Below are positions 17,590-28,400 of a stretch of DNA of 59,083 nt, piece by piece. Position 1 is the first letter of the stretch. Each line of letters begins with the position of its first letter. The stretch is taken from contig CAVGVF010000001.1 of NCBI GenBank assembly GCA_963632615.1, positions 138,636-197,718 on the forward strand, written 5' to 3'. Position numbers and translations under genes: made by a program. Source of the DNA: an uncultured Eubacteriales bacterium. GTDB lineage: Bacteria > Pseudomonadota > Alphaproteobacteria > RF32 > CAG-239. The notes under the pieces were generated by a model. It did not search any database. It was not told the DNA's origin and saw nothing but the letters and a program-made list of their open reading frames with translations.

Positions 17590-17689
17590 ATTCTTATTCT
17601 CCTGAATATTTGCATAATCTTTACTTGCTTTTAGCGGCAAGACTCATTAAGCTGCATTATAAAACAAAGATACTTAATAAAGGCTAAAA

Positions 17690-18667
17690 ATGAGCACGGA
17701 AGAAACAATATTTTCTACAGCTGAAGCTGCGGAATGCGATAAAAAGTTACGTTTGGATAAATTTTTGGCGAAAAGCCTGCCGGATTTTTCACGTTCGCAG
17801 CTGCAGCGGCTGATTGCAGAAGGCTGTGTTTTGCTGGATGATATTGTTGTTTCGGATAACTCATACAAAGTAAAAGCCGGCGATATTTTTCAAATTTCCG
17901 TTCCTCCGGCCGCAGAAGCCGAGCCGATTGCCGAAGACATTCCGCTGGATATAGTTTATGAAGACGCCGATTTGCTGGTGGTTAATAAGCCGGCCGGCAT
18001 GACGGTTCATCCGGCGGCGGGCGTTTCACGTGGAACACTGGTAAATGCTTTGCTTTATCATTGCAAAGACAGCTTGTCCGGCATCGGCGGCGTTAAGCGT
18101 CCGGGAATTGTGCACCGTATTGACCGTGAAACCAGCGGTTTGCTGGTGGTGGCAAAAAATGACAATGCTCACCGTTTTTTGAGCGAACAGTTTGCCGAAC
18201 ATTCTATCGAACGCACTTATTTAGCAGTGGTCTACGGCGTGCCTAATCCGCTTAACGGCCGTATAGAAGGCAATATCGGGCGCAGTCCTTCTGATCGCAA
18301 AAAAATGGCGATTGTGACAAGCGGCGGCAAGCCTGCTGTCACTCATTATAAAACTCTGCAAGTGTTCAAAAATGCAGCTTCACTAGTGCAGTGCAATCTG
18401 GAAACAGGACGCACTCATCAGATTCGCGTACACCTAACAAGTGTAGGCAATGCTTTAGTCGGCGACAAGGTCTATGTAAAGAACCGCAAAACAGCTGTAA
18501 ATTTACCGCAGAATCTTAAAAACTATGTCAATGAATTTCCGCGCCAAGCCTTGCACGCCAAGAGTTTGGGCTTTATTCATCCGTCAACGAAAAAGTTTAT
18601 GCAGTTTGATTCTGTGTTGCCTCCTGATATGGCAGAGCTGTTGCAAAAACTTTCGGATGTATGCTAA
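17690..18667 (+). CDS. rluD: 23S rRNA pseudouridine synthase, RluD family
   Basis: N-terminal S4 domain and the catalytic motif HRIDRETSGLLVVAK. Confidence 0.9.
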   Translation: MSTEETIFSTAEAAECDKKLRLDKFLAKSLPDFSRSQLQRLIAEGCVLLDDIVVSDNSYKVKAGDIFQISVPPAAEAEPIAEDIPLDIVYEDADLLVVNKPAGMTVHPAAGVSRGTLVNALLYHCKDSLSGIGGVKRPGIVHRIDRETSGLLVVAKNDNAHRFLSEQFAEHSIERTYLAVVYGVPNPLNGRIEGNIGRSPSDRKKMAIVTSGGKPAVTHYKTLQVFKNAASLVQCNLETGRTHQIRVHLTSVGNALVGDKVYVKNRKTAVNLPQNLKNYVNEFPRQALHAKSLGFIHPSTKKFMQFDSVLPPDMAELLQKLSDVC

Positions 18668-18763
18668 TCTTTAGTTGATATTTGCCTTAAAAATAGAACT
18701 AAAGTATAGGTTGTTTGTTAAAATTTTCATCTATATCATACTTCTAAACAACTAACAGGGGAA

Positions 18764-19648
18764 GTGAAGACAATGGAAAATTTAACAGCACTTACCGGAA
18801 TGGATTTTTCTCCGGAAATAAATTTGGCCAGATACTTGCAAAATATCCGCAAATATCCGATTTTAACGCAGGAAGAAGAATATACTCTGGCTAAAAAGTA
18901 TAAAGAAACCGGCAACAAAGACGTGGCTTATCAGCTGATAACCTCGCATTTGCGTTTGGTTGTCAAAGTTGTTTCGCGTTATAAGGGCTATGGTCTGCCG
19001 GTCAGCGAGATGATTTCCGAAGGCAATATCGGCTTGATTTATGCTATTGATAAGTTTGAGCCGGATAAAGGCTTTCGTTTTTCCACTTATGCTTTGTGGT
19101 GGATAAAAGCGTCAGTGCAAAAATATATTCTTAATTCATGGTCGCTGGTCAAACTGGGAACTACGGCGGCGCAAAAGAAGCTGTTTTTCAACTTGCGGAA
19201 GATTAAAAACAGTTTGAACCTAATGGATGACCGTGAGCTTTCTTCGGATATTTTGAAAGATATTGCCCGTTCGCTGGATGTCAGCGTGCAGGAAGTCACA
19301 GAGATGAATACTCGCCTCAAATCACATGACGGTTCGCTGAACTCTCCGGTAGACAGCGATTCGGAACGCACGGCCGAATGGATGGATTTTATTTCGGACG
19401 GCAAGCCTAATCAGGAAGAGCGCTATGCGTATAAGGAAACCATGAACTATCGGCGCAAGCTGTTTAATCAGGCAATTACGGTTTTAAATCCGCGTGAAAA
19501 AGATATTTTGTTTAAGCGCCGGATGAGCGATGAAACCATTACTTTGGAAGATTTAAGCCAGGCCTATAACATTTCAAAAGAGCGCGTGCGGCAAATAGAG
19601 CTTAATTCTATCCGCAAAATTTCTAAAGCTATAGAGGTTTTGCAGTAA
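18764..19648 (+). CDS. rpoH: RNA polymerase sigma-32 (heat shock sigma factor RpoH)
   Basis: Sigma-70 regions 2-4 and the RpoH box AQKKLFFNLRKIK. Confidence 0.9.
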   Translation: MKTMENLTALTGMDFSPEINLARYLQNIRKYPILTQEEEYTLAKKYKETGNKDVAYQLITSHLRLVVKVVSRYKGYGLPVSEMISEGNIGLIYAIDKFEPDKGFRFSTYALWWIKASVQKYILNSWSLVKLGTTAAQKKLFFNLRKIKNSLNLMDDRELSSDILKDIARSLDVSVQEVTEMNTRLKSHDGSLNSPVDSDSERTAEWMDFISDGKPNQEERYAYKETMNYRRKLFNQAITVLNPREKDILFKRRMSDETITLEDLSQAYNISKERVRQIELNSIRKISKAIEVLQ

Positions 19649-19720
19649 GTGCTTACTTGAAAAGTGTTTTTTACCGTATATCTAGAGTCAGACTTAATCT
19701 AGCGGGAGGCTTTGGATAAA

Positions 19721-20845
19721 ATGAAAAAAGACACGTTCAAGAATTTGCTGATTTTGATATTGCTGCTGATAATTGCGGGCGGAGGAGTGTTTTTGTATAA
19801 ACACAGCCGCCCGCATGCCGAGGAGGCGGTAAAATCAGAAAACTTAATTACTGTAGCGGCCGAACAGCCGAAAGTTCAGGACATTGTTGTATCTAAAAGT
19901 TTTATCGGGCGGGTTGCCGCCGTCCGCAGTGTGAATATTCTGCCGTATTTAAGCGGATACATAGCGCAAATTCCGGCCGACAGCGGTCAAGAAGTTAAAA
20001 AAGGCGATATTTTGATTGTTTTGCGGCAGGAAGAATATAAAGCGGCTTTAACTTCGGCTTATTCCGCCGTACTTTCAAGCGCTGCCGATTTGCAGAATGC
20101 TCAGAGCCAATATCAGCGCTTGTTGAAAGCCGGAGCCAAAGCCGTTTCGCAGACAGAGCTTGATAATGCCAAAACGGCGCTTTTAACCGCGCAGGCGGCA
20201 GCCGAAAAAGCCGGAGCGAATTATGAAACCGCTAAAATAAATTTGGCGTATACCTGGGTTAAAGCTCCGTTTGACGGAGTGCTGGGCAACATCAATGTGG
20301 CAATCGGCGATTTCATTTCTCCGTCAATGTCTCCGGCTTTGGTGCGGATTGTGCAATATAATCCGGCGCGGGTAATTTTTTCGGTTACTGATAAAGAATT
20401 TTTACAAAACAAAGACTTGTTTGCCGATAAGGTTAAAGTTATTCTTTCGGACGGAGAAGCTTACCCTTTTACCGGCAAGGTCATTTATACGGAAAATGCT
20501 TTGGAAAAAAGCACCAATACTTTGGCTGTTTATGCTGAATTTGAAAATCCGCAGCGTTTGCTGATACCTAATGCCTATGTTAAAGTTTTGCTGGAGCATA
20601 CGTATAAAAACGTTGTGGCTGTTGCCAAGAATTTGGTGCAGCTGAAAGACGGCGGCAACTTTGTTTATGCCGTGCAAAACGGAACGGTGGTTTTGCTGCC
20701 GGTGCAGATTGAAGCGGAAAAGGATGATGTTTTTTTGCTTAAAAATAATTTTAAAGCGGATGAGCTGCTTATTGTTCAAGAGATAGAAGCTCAGCTTGCT
20801 GGGCAAAAAGTCCAAGTTCAGAATCAATCTCAAAAGGAGCAATAA
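19721..20845 (+). CDS. RND efflux periplasmic adaptor (membrane fusion protein)
   Basis: I preferred the ATG at 19721 (GGGAGG 11 nt upstream) to the TTG at 19712. It has an N-terminal anchor, a coiled-coil hairpin region, and sits directly upstream of the RND pump. Confidence 0.85.
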   Translation: MKKDTFKNLLILILLLIIAGGGVFLYKHSRPHAEEAVKSENLITVAAEQPKVQDIVVSKSFIGRVAAVRSVNILPYLSGYIAQIPADSGQEVKKGDILIVLRQEEYKAALTSAYSAVLSSAADLQNAQSQYQRLLKAGAKAVSQTELDNAKTALLTAQAAAEKAGANYETAKINLAYTWVKAPFDGVLGNINVAIGDFISPSMSPALVRIVQYNPARVIFSVTDKEFLQNKDLFADKVKVILSDGEAYPFTGKVIYTENALEKSTNTLAVYAEFENPQRLLIPNAYVKVLLEHTYKNVVAVAKNLVQLKDGGNFVYAVQNGTVVLLPVQIEAEKDDVFLLKNNFKADELLIVQEIEAQLAGQKVQVQNQSQKEQ

Positions 20846-20848
20846 GCT

Positions 20849-23800
20849 ATGTTTTCGGCATTTTTTATCAATCGGCCTCGTTTTGCCATCGTGCTTTCTG
20901 TGGTATTGATTATTTTAGGTTTGCTGTCGCTGGCTGTTCTGCCGGTGGCGCAGTATCCGGAAATCACTCCGCCGCAGATTGTGGTTTCAACAACTTATTC
21001 CGGCGCCGGCGCCAAAGTTCTGGTGGATACGGTGGCTGTGCCGATAGAAAATGAAATCAACGGCGTTGAGAATATGATGTATATGTCATCCTCCTCTGAT
21101 GATAACGGTTCATACGAGCTTACGGTAACGTTTGACGTGGGAACAAATGCCGATATTGCGCAGGTAAAAGTGCAGAACCGTTTGCAACAGGTAACATCCG
21201 AGCTTCCGGACGAAGTTAATCAGTACGGCGTCAGTGTCAAAACGCAGAACCCGAACATTTTGGCGCTGCTGGTGCTGCGTTCTCCCAACCACACGTACGA
21301 TGATTTATTTTTAAGCAACTATGCTTATACCAATATTAAAAATGCCTTGGCGCGTGTTAAAGGCGTGGGCGAAGTGCAGATTTTCGGCCCGCAGTACAGC
21401 ATGCGGATCTGGCTGAATTTGGATAAATTAAATGCTCTGGGGCTGAACAGCTCTGATATTATAAGCGCGGTTAAAAATCAAAATATACAGGCCTCAGTCG
21501 GCAGTATCGGCGCTGCTCCAAGCACTAAGGACAATAAAATGGTTTTGTCTTTGACAGCCAAAGGCTTGCTGAACAGCGTTGCCGATTTTGAAAATATTGT
21601 GGTTGCATCCGGAGCCGATGGAGCGCAGATTTACCTTAGAGATGTGGCGAAAGTAGAGCTGGGTGCCGATACCTATAATATTAAATCCGGTTACAATAAT
21701 GCACCGGCGCTGATTATGGCTATTAACCAGCTGCCAAACTCAAATTCCTTGCAGATTGTCGATAAGCTGCGCCAAAAAATTGCCGATTTAACCGAAGTTC
21801 TGCCGGATGATATGGATTTGCAGGTTGCCTATGATTCTACCGAATATGTGCGCGCTTCCATCCAAAGCATTATAGATACTCTGGTTATAACGTTTCTGCT
21901 GGTGGTTTTGGTTACTTACATTTTTTTGCAAAAGCTGAAAACAACGCTGATTCCGCTGTTTACTATTCCGGTATCGCTGATAGCCACGTTTATTGTGGTG
22001 TATTTATTGGGATTCAATATCAATATTTTAACATTGTTCGCCATGATTTTAGCTATCGGTTTGGTGGTTGATGATGCTATTATTGTGGTAGAGCGTGTGC
22101 AATATTTAATGCTGAACCAAAAGCAGGATTCCAAGACCGCCTCTATTACCGCTATGAAAGAAATCGGCAGCGCGATTGTGGCGACCACGTTTGTGCTGCT
22201 GGCTATTTTTATCCCGGTAGGCTTGATGGCCGGTATTACCGGCAAAATTTATCAGCAATTTGCCGTAACTATCGCTACGGCTGTGGCTTTTTCGGCAGTC
22301 AATGCTCTGACTCTGAGTCCGGCGCTTTGCGCTATATTTTTGCGCGGCGATGAAAACAGCGAGCCAAAAGGCTTTTTTGCTTGGTTTGATAAGGTATTGA
22401 ATAAAAGTAAAACCCACTATTTGAAGGCGGTTGTTTATTTTTCGGAACATCTGAAAACTATGGTGTTATGCGTTATCGGAACAATTGGTTTGATAGCTTT
22501 GGGCTTTTTGTATACTCCGACATCTTTTTTGCCGGAAGAAGATCAAGGGATTATTTTCGGCAACATCCAGCTGCCGGATACGGCGAGTATCAACGAGACA
22601 AATAAGATTCTCAGCGAAATGAACGATAAAATTCTCAAAACCAAAGGCGTGAAATATTTTATTTCGGTTGCCGGCTACAGTATGCTTGGCGGCAGCGGCG
22701 AAAATGTGGCGCTTGGGGTTATCGGCTTGGAAAGCTGGGATGAACGCAGTTCAAAGAATTTATCGATAGAAGCTATCAGCCGAGATTTGCGCGGCCAATT
22801 TGCCGGCAATAAACAGGCAACCATCAACTTTTTTGCGCCGCCGGCCATTCCGGGGGTAGGGCAAAGCAATGGTATTTCTTTTGATTTTGTGACAATGAAC
22901 GGCAGCACTTCTCCGCAGAAATTATACGCCCGGCTGATGGAATATCTAAAGTCAGTGAATAAAAGCGGATATTTTGATTATGCTTTCAGTACTTTTACTG
23001 CGCAGACGCCGCACATATATCTGGACATAGATCGGAAGAAATTGGAATACTATAAAATTCCGGTATCATCGCTGTTTGCCACTTTGCAGAATAATCTGGG
23101 TTCGCGTTATATTAACAATATTACTTTGAGCGGGCAGGTAAATAAGGTAATTTTACAGGCTGACTATCAATATCGCCGGCAGCTGGAGGACATCGGCAAT
23201 TTGTATGCGCGTTCAAATGATGGAAAGTTAGTGCGTATCAATAGTTTTGCTGAAGTCAAAACTGAACTTTCTCCAAAAATTATCTATCGTTTCAACCAAT
23301 ATACCTCATCTTCCGTAACCGCAATGTCTAAAAACGGCGTCAGCAGCGGCGCGGCCTTGGATGAACTTGAAAAGCTGGAAAAAGAATTGCCTAAAGAATA
23401 TGGACTCTGGTGGACAGGATTAAGTTTGCAAGAAGTGGAAACCCGTGGTTTAGCAACATTTTTGATAGGTTTAGCCGTAGTATTTTGCTATTTATTTTTA
23501 GTCGCCTTGTACGAAAGCTGGCTGTTGGCTTTGGCTGTGATTTTTTCAACGGTATTTGCTATATTGGGTGCGTTAATCGGACTATGGTTTATGGGGCAGT
23601 CGCTGAGTATATATGCTCAGCTTGGTTTGATTATGCTGATTGGCTTGGCGGCAAAGAACGCTATTTTGATTGTGGAATTTACAAAAATGTACCGAGAACA
23701 AGGCCTGCCGATTGTTGAGGCTGCACGCCGCGGCGCCGAAGAACGATATCGGGCGGTTTTGATGACGGCGTTTACCTTTATTTTAGGCGTGTTTCCGATG

Positions 23801-23986
23801 ATAGTAGCCACCGGCGCCGGAGCAAGTTCGCAGATAGCTATCGGTTCGTCGGTGTTTTACGGAATGGTTGCCGCAACAGTGATAGGAATTATTTTTATTC
23901 CGTCGTTATTTGCTTTTTTTGAACACATAAAAGAAAAGTTCAGTCCGTCATCAGAAATAAAATCCGAGGAGAAAAATAATGCTTAA
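20849..23986 (+). CDS. RND multidrug efflux permease (AcrB/MexB, HAE1 family)
   Basis: 1045 aa with a 12-TM architecture and two large periplasmic loops. The start ([17 protein letters not shown]) and the motif [12 protein letters not shown] are typical of AcrB. Confidence 0.95.
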   Translation: MFSAFFINRPRFAIVLSVVLIILGLLSLAVLPVAQYPEITPPQIVVSTTYSGAGAKVLVDTVAVPIENEINGVENMMYMSSSSDDNGSYELTVTFDVGTNADIAQVKVQNRLQQVTSELPDEVNQYGVSVKTQNPNILALLVLRSPNHTYDDLFLSNYAYTNIKNALARVKGVGEVQIFGPQYSMRIWLNLDKLNALGLNSSDIISAVKNQNIQASVGSIGAAPSTKDNKMVLSLTAKGLLNSVADFENIVVASGADGAQIYLRDVAKVELGADTYNIKSGYNNAPALIMAINQLPNSNSLQIVDKLRQKIADLTEVLPDDMDLQVAYDSTEYVRASIQSIIDTLVITFLLVVLVTYIFLQKLKTTLIPLFTIPVSLIATFIVVYLLGFNINILTLFAMILAIGLVVDDAIIVVERVQYLMLNQKQDSKTASITAMKEIGSAIVATTFVLLAIFIPVGLMAGITGKIYQQFAVTIATAVAFSAVNALTLSPALCAIFLRGDENSEPKGFFAWFDKVLNKSKTHYLKAVVYFSEHLKTMVLCVIGTIGLIALGFLYTPTSFLPEEDQGIIFGNIQLPDTASINETNKILSEMNDKILKTKGVKYFISVAGYSMLGGSGENVALGVIGLESWDERSSKNLSIEAISRDLRGQFAGNKQATINFFAPPAIPGVGQSNGISFDFVTMNGSTSPQKLYARLMEYLKSVNKSGYFDYAFSTFTAQTPHIYLDIDRKKLEYYKIPVSSLFATLQNNLGSRYINNITLSGQVNKVILQADYQYRRQLEDIGNLYARSNDGKLVRINSFAEVKTELSPKIIYRFNQYTSSSVTAMSKNGVSSGAALDELEKLEKELPKEYGLWWTGLSLQEVETRGLATFLIGLAVVFCYLFLVALYESWLLALAVIFSTVFAILGALIGLWFMGQSLSIYAQLGLIMLIGLAAKNAILIVEFTKMYREQGLPIVEAARRGAEERYRAVLMTAFTFILGVFPMIVATGAGASSQIAIGSSVFYGMVAATVIGIIFIPSLFAFFEHIKEKFSPSSEIKSEEKNNA

Positions 23987-25373
23987 AACTAACTCCGCTG
24001 TTTTAATGACTGTAGTTATTGCCGCCTGTACAGTCGGCGCTGATTATAAACATCCTGATTTGTATAATGATAATAAAATAAGGCAGGAACTGGCTTTGCG
24101 GCAAGGACGTCAGCCGGAAAAAGACTGGTACGCGCTGTTTGGCGATAAGCAGTTGAACCGGCTGATTGAAATCGGTTTGCAGAACAGTACGGATATAGAA
24201 ATAGCTGCAGCGCGTTTGAAACAGGCGCGGGCTTCGCTGAAAATCAGCCAAGCGGCGTTTTTGCCTCAGATAAGCGGCAGCGGCGGTTATAATTATCAAA
24301 AAAACAGCCGAAATATCGGCCCTGCTGCCGACAGCCGCTATTATTCCGCCGGATTTGATGCTTCATGGGAGCTTGATTTATGGGGTAAAGGCCGGCGTCA
24401 GAAGGAAGCGGCATTTGCTGAAGTTGCTGCCGGAGAATATACCTTAAACAATGTGAAAACGGTGGTTGCGGCCGAACTTGCGGCTAATTATATAAATCTG
24501 AAATTAGCATCGGAAAAGCTGCGGATAGCCAAACAGAATCTGGCTTTGCAAAAAGATATTCAAGCTACGGTAAAGTCAAAATATCAAAGCGGGCTGACCG
24601 ATGATATTTCATATAATCAGGCTGAATATCTGGTCGATTACACCGAGGCGCAGATACCGGCTCTGCAAAGCGAAATCGAGCAATATAAAAATGCGCTGGC
24701 GGTTGTGGCCGGTGTGCTGCCGTCGCAGCTGCCTCTGGATGACAGTAAAAGATCGGAAATTTTTATAAGTAACTATCAGTTTAACCCCAAATCTTTATAT
24801 AGCTTGCCGGCAGACGTAATCCGCAATCGTCCGGATATTGCAGCTGCCGAGCAAAATTTGGTTGCTCAAAATGCGTTGGTCGGGGCGGCAGTAGCTGATT
24901 TGTATCCAAATGTCAGTGTTTCTGCGCTTTGGGGATATGCCGCCAGCGGCGGAAATAGCTTGTTTAATTCAAAAAGCCAAGGATACAGCTATAAACCGTC
25001 TGCCGTGCTTCCGATTTTAGATTGGAACAGGCTGCAAAATCAGGTGGAAAAGCAAAAACAAGTTAAAGCCGAAGCTTTGGCTCAGTATAAAAAAACAGTT
25101 CTTTCCGCAGTGGGTGAACTGAAAAATGCAATGACAGCCGTACAGAATGAACTGAAAAGCTATCAGGCGCAAAATTCAGCTTTGAGCAAAATGCAAAAGG
25201 TTGTCAATGCTACGGCAGAACGGTATCGCAGCGGGCTGATTGATTTTTCCGAATTTTTGACTATGGAGCAAAATCTTTTGCAGGCGCAGACACAAAATCT
25301 TAACAGCCGCGCTCAAGTTTTTCAGAATCTTGTAGCATATTACAAAGCCAGCGGCGGCGGTTATCTGCTGTAA
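23979..25373 (+). CDS. RND efflux outer membrane factor lipoprotein (NodT family)
   Basis: Overlaps the pump gene by 8 nt. Lipobox VIAAC. Two repeated TolC-like halves. Confidence 0.9.
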   Translation: MLKTNSAVLMTVVIAACTVGADYKHPDLYNDNKIRQELALRQGRQPEKDWYALFGDKQLNRLIEIGLQNSTDIEIAAARLKQARASLKISQAAFLPQISGSGGYNYQKNSRNIGPAADSRYYSAGFDASWELDLWGKGRRQKEAAFAEVAAGEYTLNNVKTVVAAELAANYINLKLASEKLRIAKQNLALQKDIQATVKSKYQSGLTDDISYNQAEYLVDYTEAQIPALQSEIEQYKNALAVVAGVLPSQLPLDDSKRSEIFISNYQFNPKSLYSLPADVIRNRPDIAAAEQNLVAQNALVGAAVADLYPNVSVSALWGYAASGGNSLFNSKSQGYSYKPSAVLPILDWNRLQNQVEKQKQVKAEALAQYKKTVLSAVGELKNAMTAVQNELKSYQAQNSALSKMQKVVNATAERYRSGLIDFSEFLTMEQNLLQAQTQNLNSRAQVFQNLVAYYKASGGGYLL

Positions 25374-25819
25374 ACATCTTCCAGCGGAACATAGTCTGTT
25401 CCTTTTTGCGGATTATAAACAAAAACATTCGTAACAGTCGGAATATCATATTTTCTATGCCAATAGCCTTTTGCTTCCATGCACAGGCGGTATTCCTTTG
25501 GGTCGGAATCTGCGGAATCTCGGATGGAATTTACTAACAGCGGAGAGGCACCGCGGTATGGAACATAGCTTGCCCAAATGCCTTTGGTTTTATGCCAGTC
25601 AACTACAATGTTGTAACGGTATTCTTCGGAATAAAACCAGCTGCTGAAATCCGGCCAATGGAACCAAGGCTCAGCTTCTTTCAGACATTCAGAGTGGTCG
25701 CGGGAGAATTTCTGCACGCCGGTGCGTTCGCGTTCCCAGTGATAAATAATCTGTCCTTTTCCGCCCCAAGAAGAGCAAGAAGCTAAGAAGGCCAGTGATA
25801 TAAGCAAAAAATATCTCAT
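25361..25819 (-). CDS. small lipoprotein of unknown function
   Basis: I chose the internal ATG at 25819 (MRYFLLISLAFLASC, lipobox LASC), 1 nt after the GST stop. The 3' end overlaps the convergent OMF gene by 13 nt. Confidence 0.6.
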   Translation of the reverse strand: MRYFLLISLAFLASCSSWGGKGQIIYHWERERTGVQKFSRDHSECLKEAEPWFHWPDFSSWFYSEEYRYNIVVDWHKTKGIWASYVPYRGASPLLVNSIRDSADSDPKEYRLCMEAKGYWHRKYDIPTVTNVFVYNPQKGTDYVPLEDVYSR

Positions 25820-25820
25820 A

Positions 25821-26486
25821 TTAAAAATCCAAATCATTATAGTGTTTTGAAGGATATATTCCTTTAAAACGGTCATTTAAGATGTCTTTGAAGCTTGGCC
25901 GTGACTTGATTTTAGAGTACCACAGCTTGGCGTTTTTATAGTCTTCCCAAGGCACATCGCCGAGATAGTCGATAATGGAAAGCTGAGCTGCGGCGCTGAT
26001 ATCGGCCAGCGAAAAGTTATTGCCGGCCAAATAGTTGTTGCGTTCAACAATCCAGTCTATATATTCCAAGTGAAAGCGCAGGTTGTTTATACCGGCTTTG
26101 ATGCGTCTGGATTCCGGCGGCTGCTGCAAAGCAAAGCGCTTATAAATTTTTTCTCCGGCAATATATTGATATACTTCACGGCTGAATTTATTGTCAAACC
26201 AGTCTATCAGGCGGCGGATTTCTGCCCGTTCTTTGTTGTTGCCGTTTATCAGACGGTTTTGAGTGTAGGTTTCTTCCAAAAACTCTGTGATTGCGTAATT
26301 TCCGGAAATAATATTTCCGTCATAAATAAAGACAGGCAGTTCGCCGGCCGGATTGATTTTCATAATATCTTTGGAAAGTTTCCACGGATTTTCTTCTTTC
26401 AAAACAAACAGCATTTTCTTTTCGGACATCAATATTCTGATTTTCCGGCATTGCGGCAATACACTGTTATGCACTAAAAGAACCAT
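25821..26486 (-). CDS. glutathione S-transferase family protein
   Basis: N-terminal thioredoxin-like GST fold (INPAGELPVFIYDGNIISGNYAITEFLEE) and a helical C-terminal GST domain. Confidence 0.75.
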   Translation of the reverse strand: MVLLVHNSVLPQCRKIRILMSEKKMLFVLKEENPWKLSKDIMKINPAGELPVFIYDGNIISGNYAITEFLEETYTQNRLINGNNKERAEIRRLIDWFDNKFSREVYQYIAGEKIYKRFALQQPPESRRIKAGINNLRFHLEYIDWIVERNNYLAGNNFSLADISAAAQLSIIDYLGDVPWEDYKNAKLWYSKIKSRPSFKDILNDRFKGIYPSKHYNDLDF

Positions 26487-26499
26487 TTATAAAACCTCC

Positions 26500-27471
26500 T
26501 TATATTCCATCTAGTACTTCATCAATAGTTTTTACATGAACTTTTTGTTCTATAATGCGCCCTTTGGATTTTTCGGCTTCGCCAGGAGCGTCAGCTGCCG
26601 GAATAGCCTCTTCTTCTCCAGTTACTTTAGCGGCAAATGCCGGCGGAACAATACCTTGATTAGCGGTAATTTCGTCTTCAACCATCCGGATTATTTCTTC
26701 TTTGACTTTTTTACCGAATTCCGGCTTAGAAAATTCGTTGCTGAAATCTTTTTCATAAAGGGAAAATTGCGGCATTACTCTGGATAAGGCTACAAATACC
26801 GGAATTTTAAACAATGGCTTGGTTGAATAAGACAGGTATTGTTCAATGCCGCAGCGGCTGGCCATAATGCGGTTATAATAAAGTCCGCCGATAATATAAT
26901 CAATTTCGCCGGTAAAAAGCTTTTCGTAGGCGTCAACCGGTTTATCGACATATTCCAGGTTAAACGGTTTTATTTTTCGTATCACAAAATCGCTTAAATA
27001 TTCTGTTTTGCTGATAACGCCGCGCAAGTTTGCCAAATCTTTCGCCGATTTAATTTTTTCTTGGGTTTCCGGCAAGGTAATAACATGAATCGGGTTGGCT
27101 ATCACAGCCGGATAAATAGGATTTATGCCCGTAAACAGCTTGGTATTGGAATAAGCTCCGAAAAACAGTTGGACTTCGCCGCTGCGGATTTTCAGAATAA
27201 GCTGTTCCATTTCCGGTATATTCAACACAAAACCATTTTCGATTTTAAATCCGTATTTTGTTGCAAGTTCCTGCACCGGATTAAAAAAGGCACTGTAAAA
27301 ATTATAGAATCTGCCATCATATTTATATTCACCGAAAGGCGGATAATCCGGCAATCCTTCATAAATTAAATCTTTTTTTAAATAGCTTTCTTGCTTTACC
27401 ATGTGCTGTGCTTGAACCGTGTATGATGCACCAATCCACAAAGACAAAATGTATATAAAAAGCTTTTTCAT
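26500..27471 (-). CDS. periplasmic solute-binding-protein-like (family 3) protein
   Basis: I chose the start at 27471 (MKKLFIYILSLWIGASYTVQA signal peptide, AGGGA upstream). The two-lobe SBP-like pattern (GEIDYIIGGLYYN) is followed by an acidic C-terminal extension. Confidence 0.6.
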   Translation of the reverse strand: MKKLFIYILSLWIGASYTVQAQHMVKQESYLKKDLIYEGLPDYPPFGEYKYDGRFYNFYSAFFNPVQELATKYGFKIENGFVLNIPEMEQLILKIRSGEVQLFFGAYSNTKLFTGINPIYPAVIANPIHVITLPETQEKIKSAKDLANLRGVISKTEYLSDFVIRKIKPFNLEYVDKPVDAYEKLFTGEIDYIIGGLYYNRIMASRCGIEQYLSYSTKPLFKIPVFVALSRVMPQFSLYEKDFSNEFSKPEFGKKVKEEIIRMVEDEITANQGIVPPAFAAKVTGEEEAIPAADAPGEAEKSKGRIIEQKVHVKTIDEVLDGI

Positions 27472-27590
27472 TTTTTTCCCTAAACCACATTCATTAAAAT
27501 AATAAATAAATTGTGTTAAAAAGATTTTAATCGTTTGCAAGAAAACAATAAATTTGTCACTATCATAATATAAAAAAAGAAAAGTACAAG

Positions 27591-28400
27591 ATGATAAATT
27601 GTGATAATATAAAAATTGATAAAAATTTATTTTTAACGCCGGCTACAAAAATCACAGCCGTAGCCTCCGGCTTTGGCAGTATGGGCAAAACCTGGTTTTC
27701 TATTACTTTGTCACATGCGCTTAATTTGCTGCATAAAAGCGTTTTGCTGTTTGATGCCAATAACGGTTTGCTGAACACCGATTTTCAGCTGGATATTACG
27801 TACAAAGCTTATCTGAATCAAGTTATAGCCGGAGAAATAACACTAAATCAGGCGGTTACTCCGGTTAATAAAAAGAAATTTGACGTGATAAGCGGTATGG
27901 TCGGCAGTGATTTGCTGGAAGGCGTGCCGACCGGCCGGCTGCAGATCTTGCGTGAAGAATTGGCTTTGCTGGCGCAGAATTATGACAATGTGGTGGTTGA
28001 TTTGCCGTCATCCGAAAAAATTCTATATAATTTGCTGCCGCCGTCAGATTTGATATTGGTATGTACAAATGAACCGGCAAATGTTGTTTCAACGTATGAT
28101 TTCCTGCAAAAAAACAATGGCTGCTTTGCATATAAAAGTTTGCAAATTGTTATTAACTATGCTAATTCTTACGAAGAAGGCTTGCGGACGTATGATACGC
28201 TAAAACATGCTTGCGGGCAATATATGACTTCCACGCCGCGTCTGCTGGGAGTAATCCGCCGCGATACCCGAGTCCGCGATGCTATACGCAACCATGTTTT
28301 GCTGCTGAACCGCTATCCTGGGTCGGAAGCTGCCGAAGATGTGATGAATATTGCTAAAAAGCTATGGATGAAGGAGAATATTGATGAGCGCCAATTTTGA
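27591..28400 (+). CDS. MinD/FlhG/ParA-family P-loop protein with a degenerate deviant Walker A
   Basis: The layout matches MinD/FlhG (AVASGFGSMGKTWFSITLSHAL...VLLFDAN.GLLN...YDNVVVDLPS). The signature KGG of the deviant Walker A reads GFGS, while the P-loop GKT is kept. Confidence 0.75.
   Translation: MINCDNIKIDKNLFLTPATKITAVASGFGSMGKTWFSITLSHALNLLHKSVLLFDANNGLLNTDFQLDITYKAYLNQVIAGEITLNQAVTPVNKKKFDVISGMVGSDLLEGVPTGRLQILREELALLAQNYDNVVVDLPSSEKILYNLLPPSDLILVCTNEPANVVSTYDFLQKNNGCFAYKSLQIVINYANSYEEGLRTYDTLKHACGQYMTSTPRLLGVIRRDTRVRDAIRNHVLLLNRYPGSEAAEDVMNIAKKLWMKENIDERQF

Noticed and set aside
18668-18763. Hairpin (CTTTAGTT/AACTAAAG) between rluD and rpoH as a special regulatory element
   Set aside because: It is an 8-bp stem with a 20-nt loop and no T-run, so it is too weak to call. 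It may simply be part of the rpoH 5' UTR.
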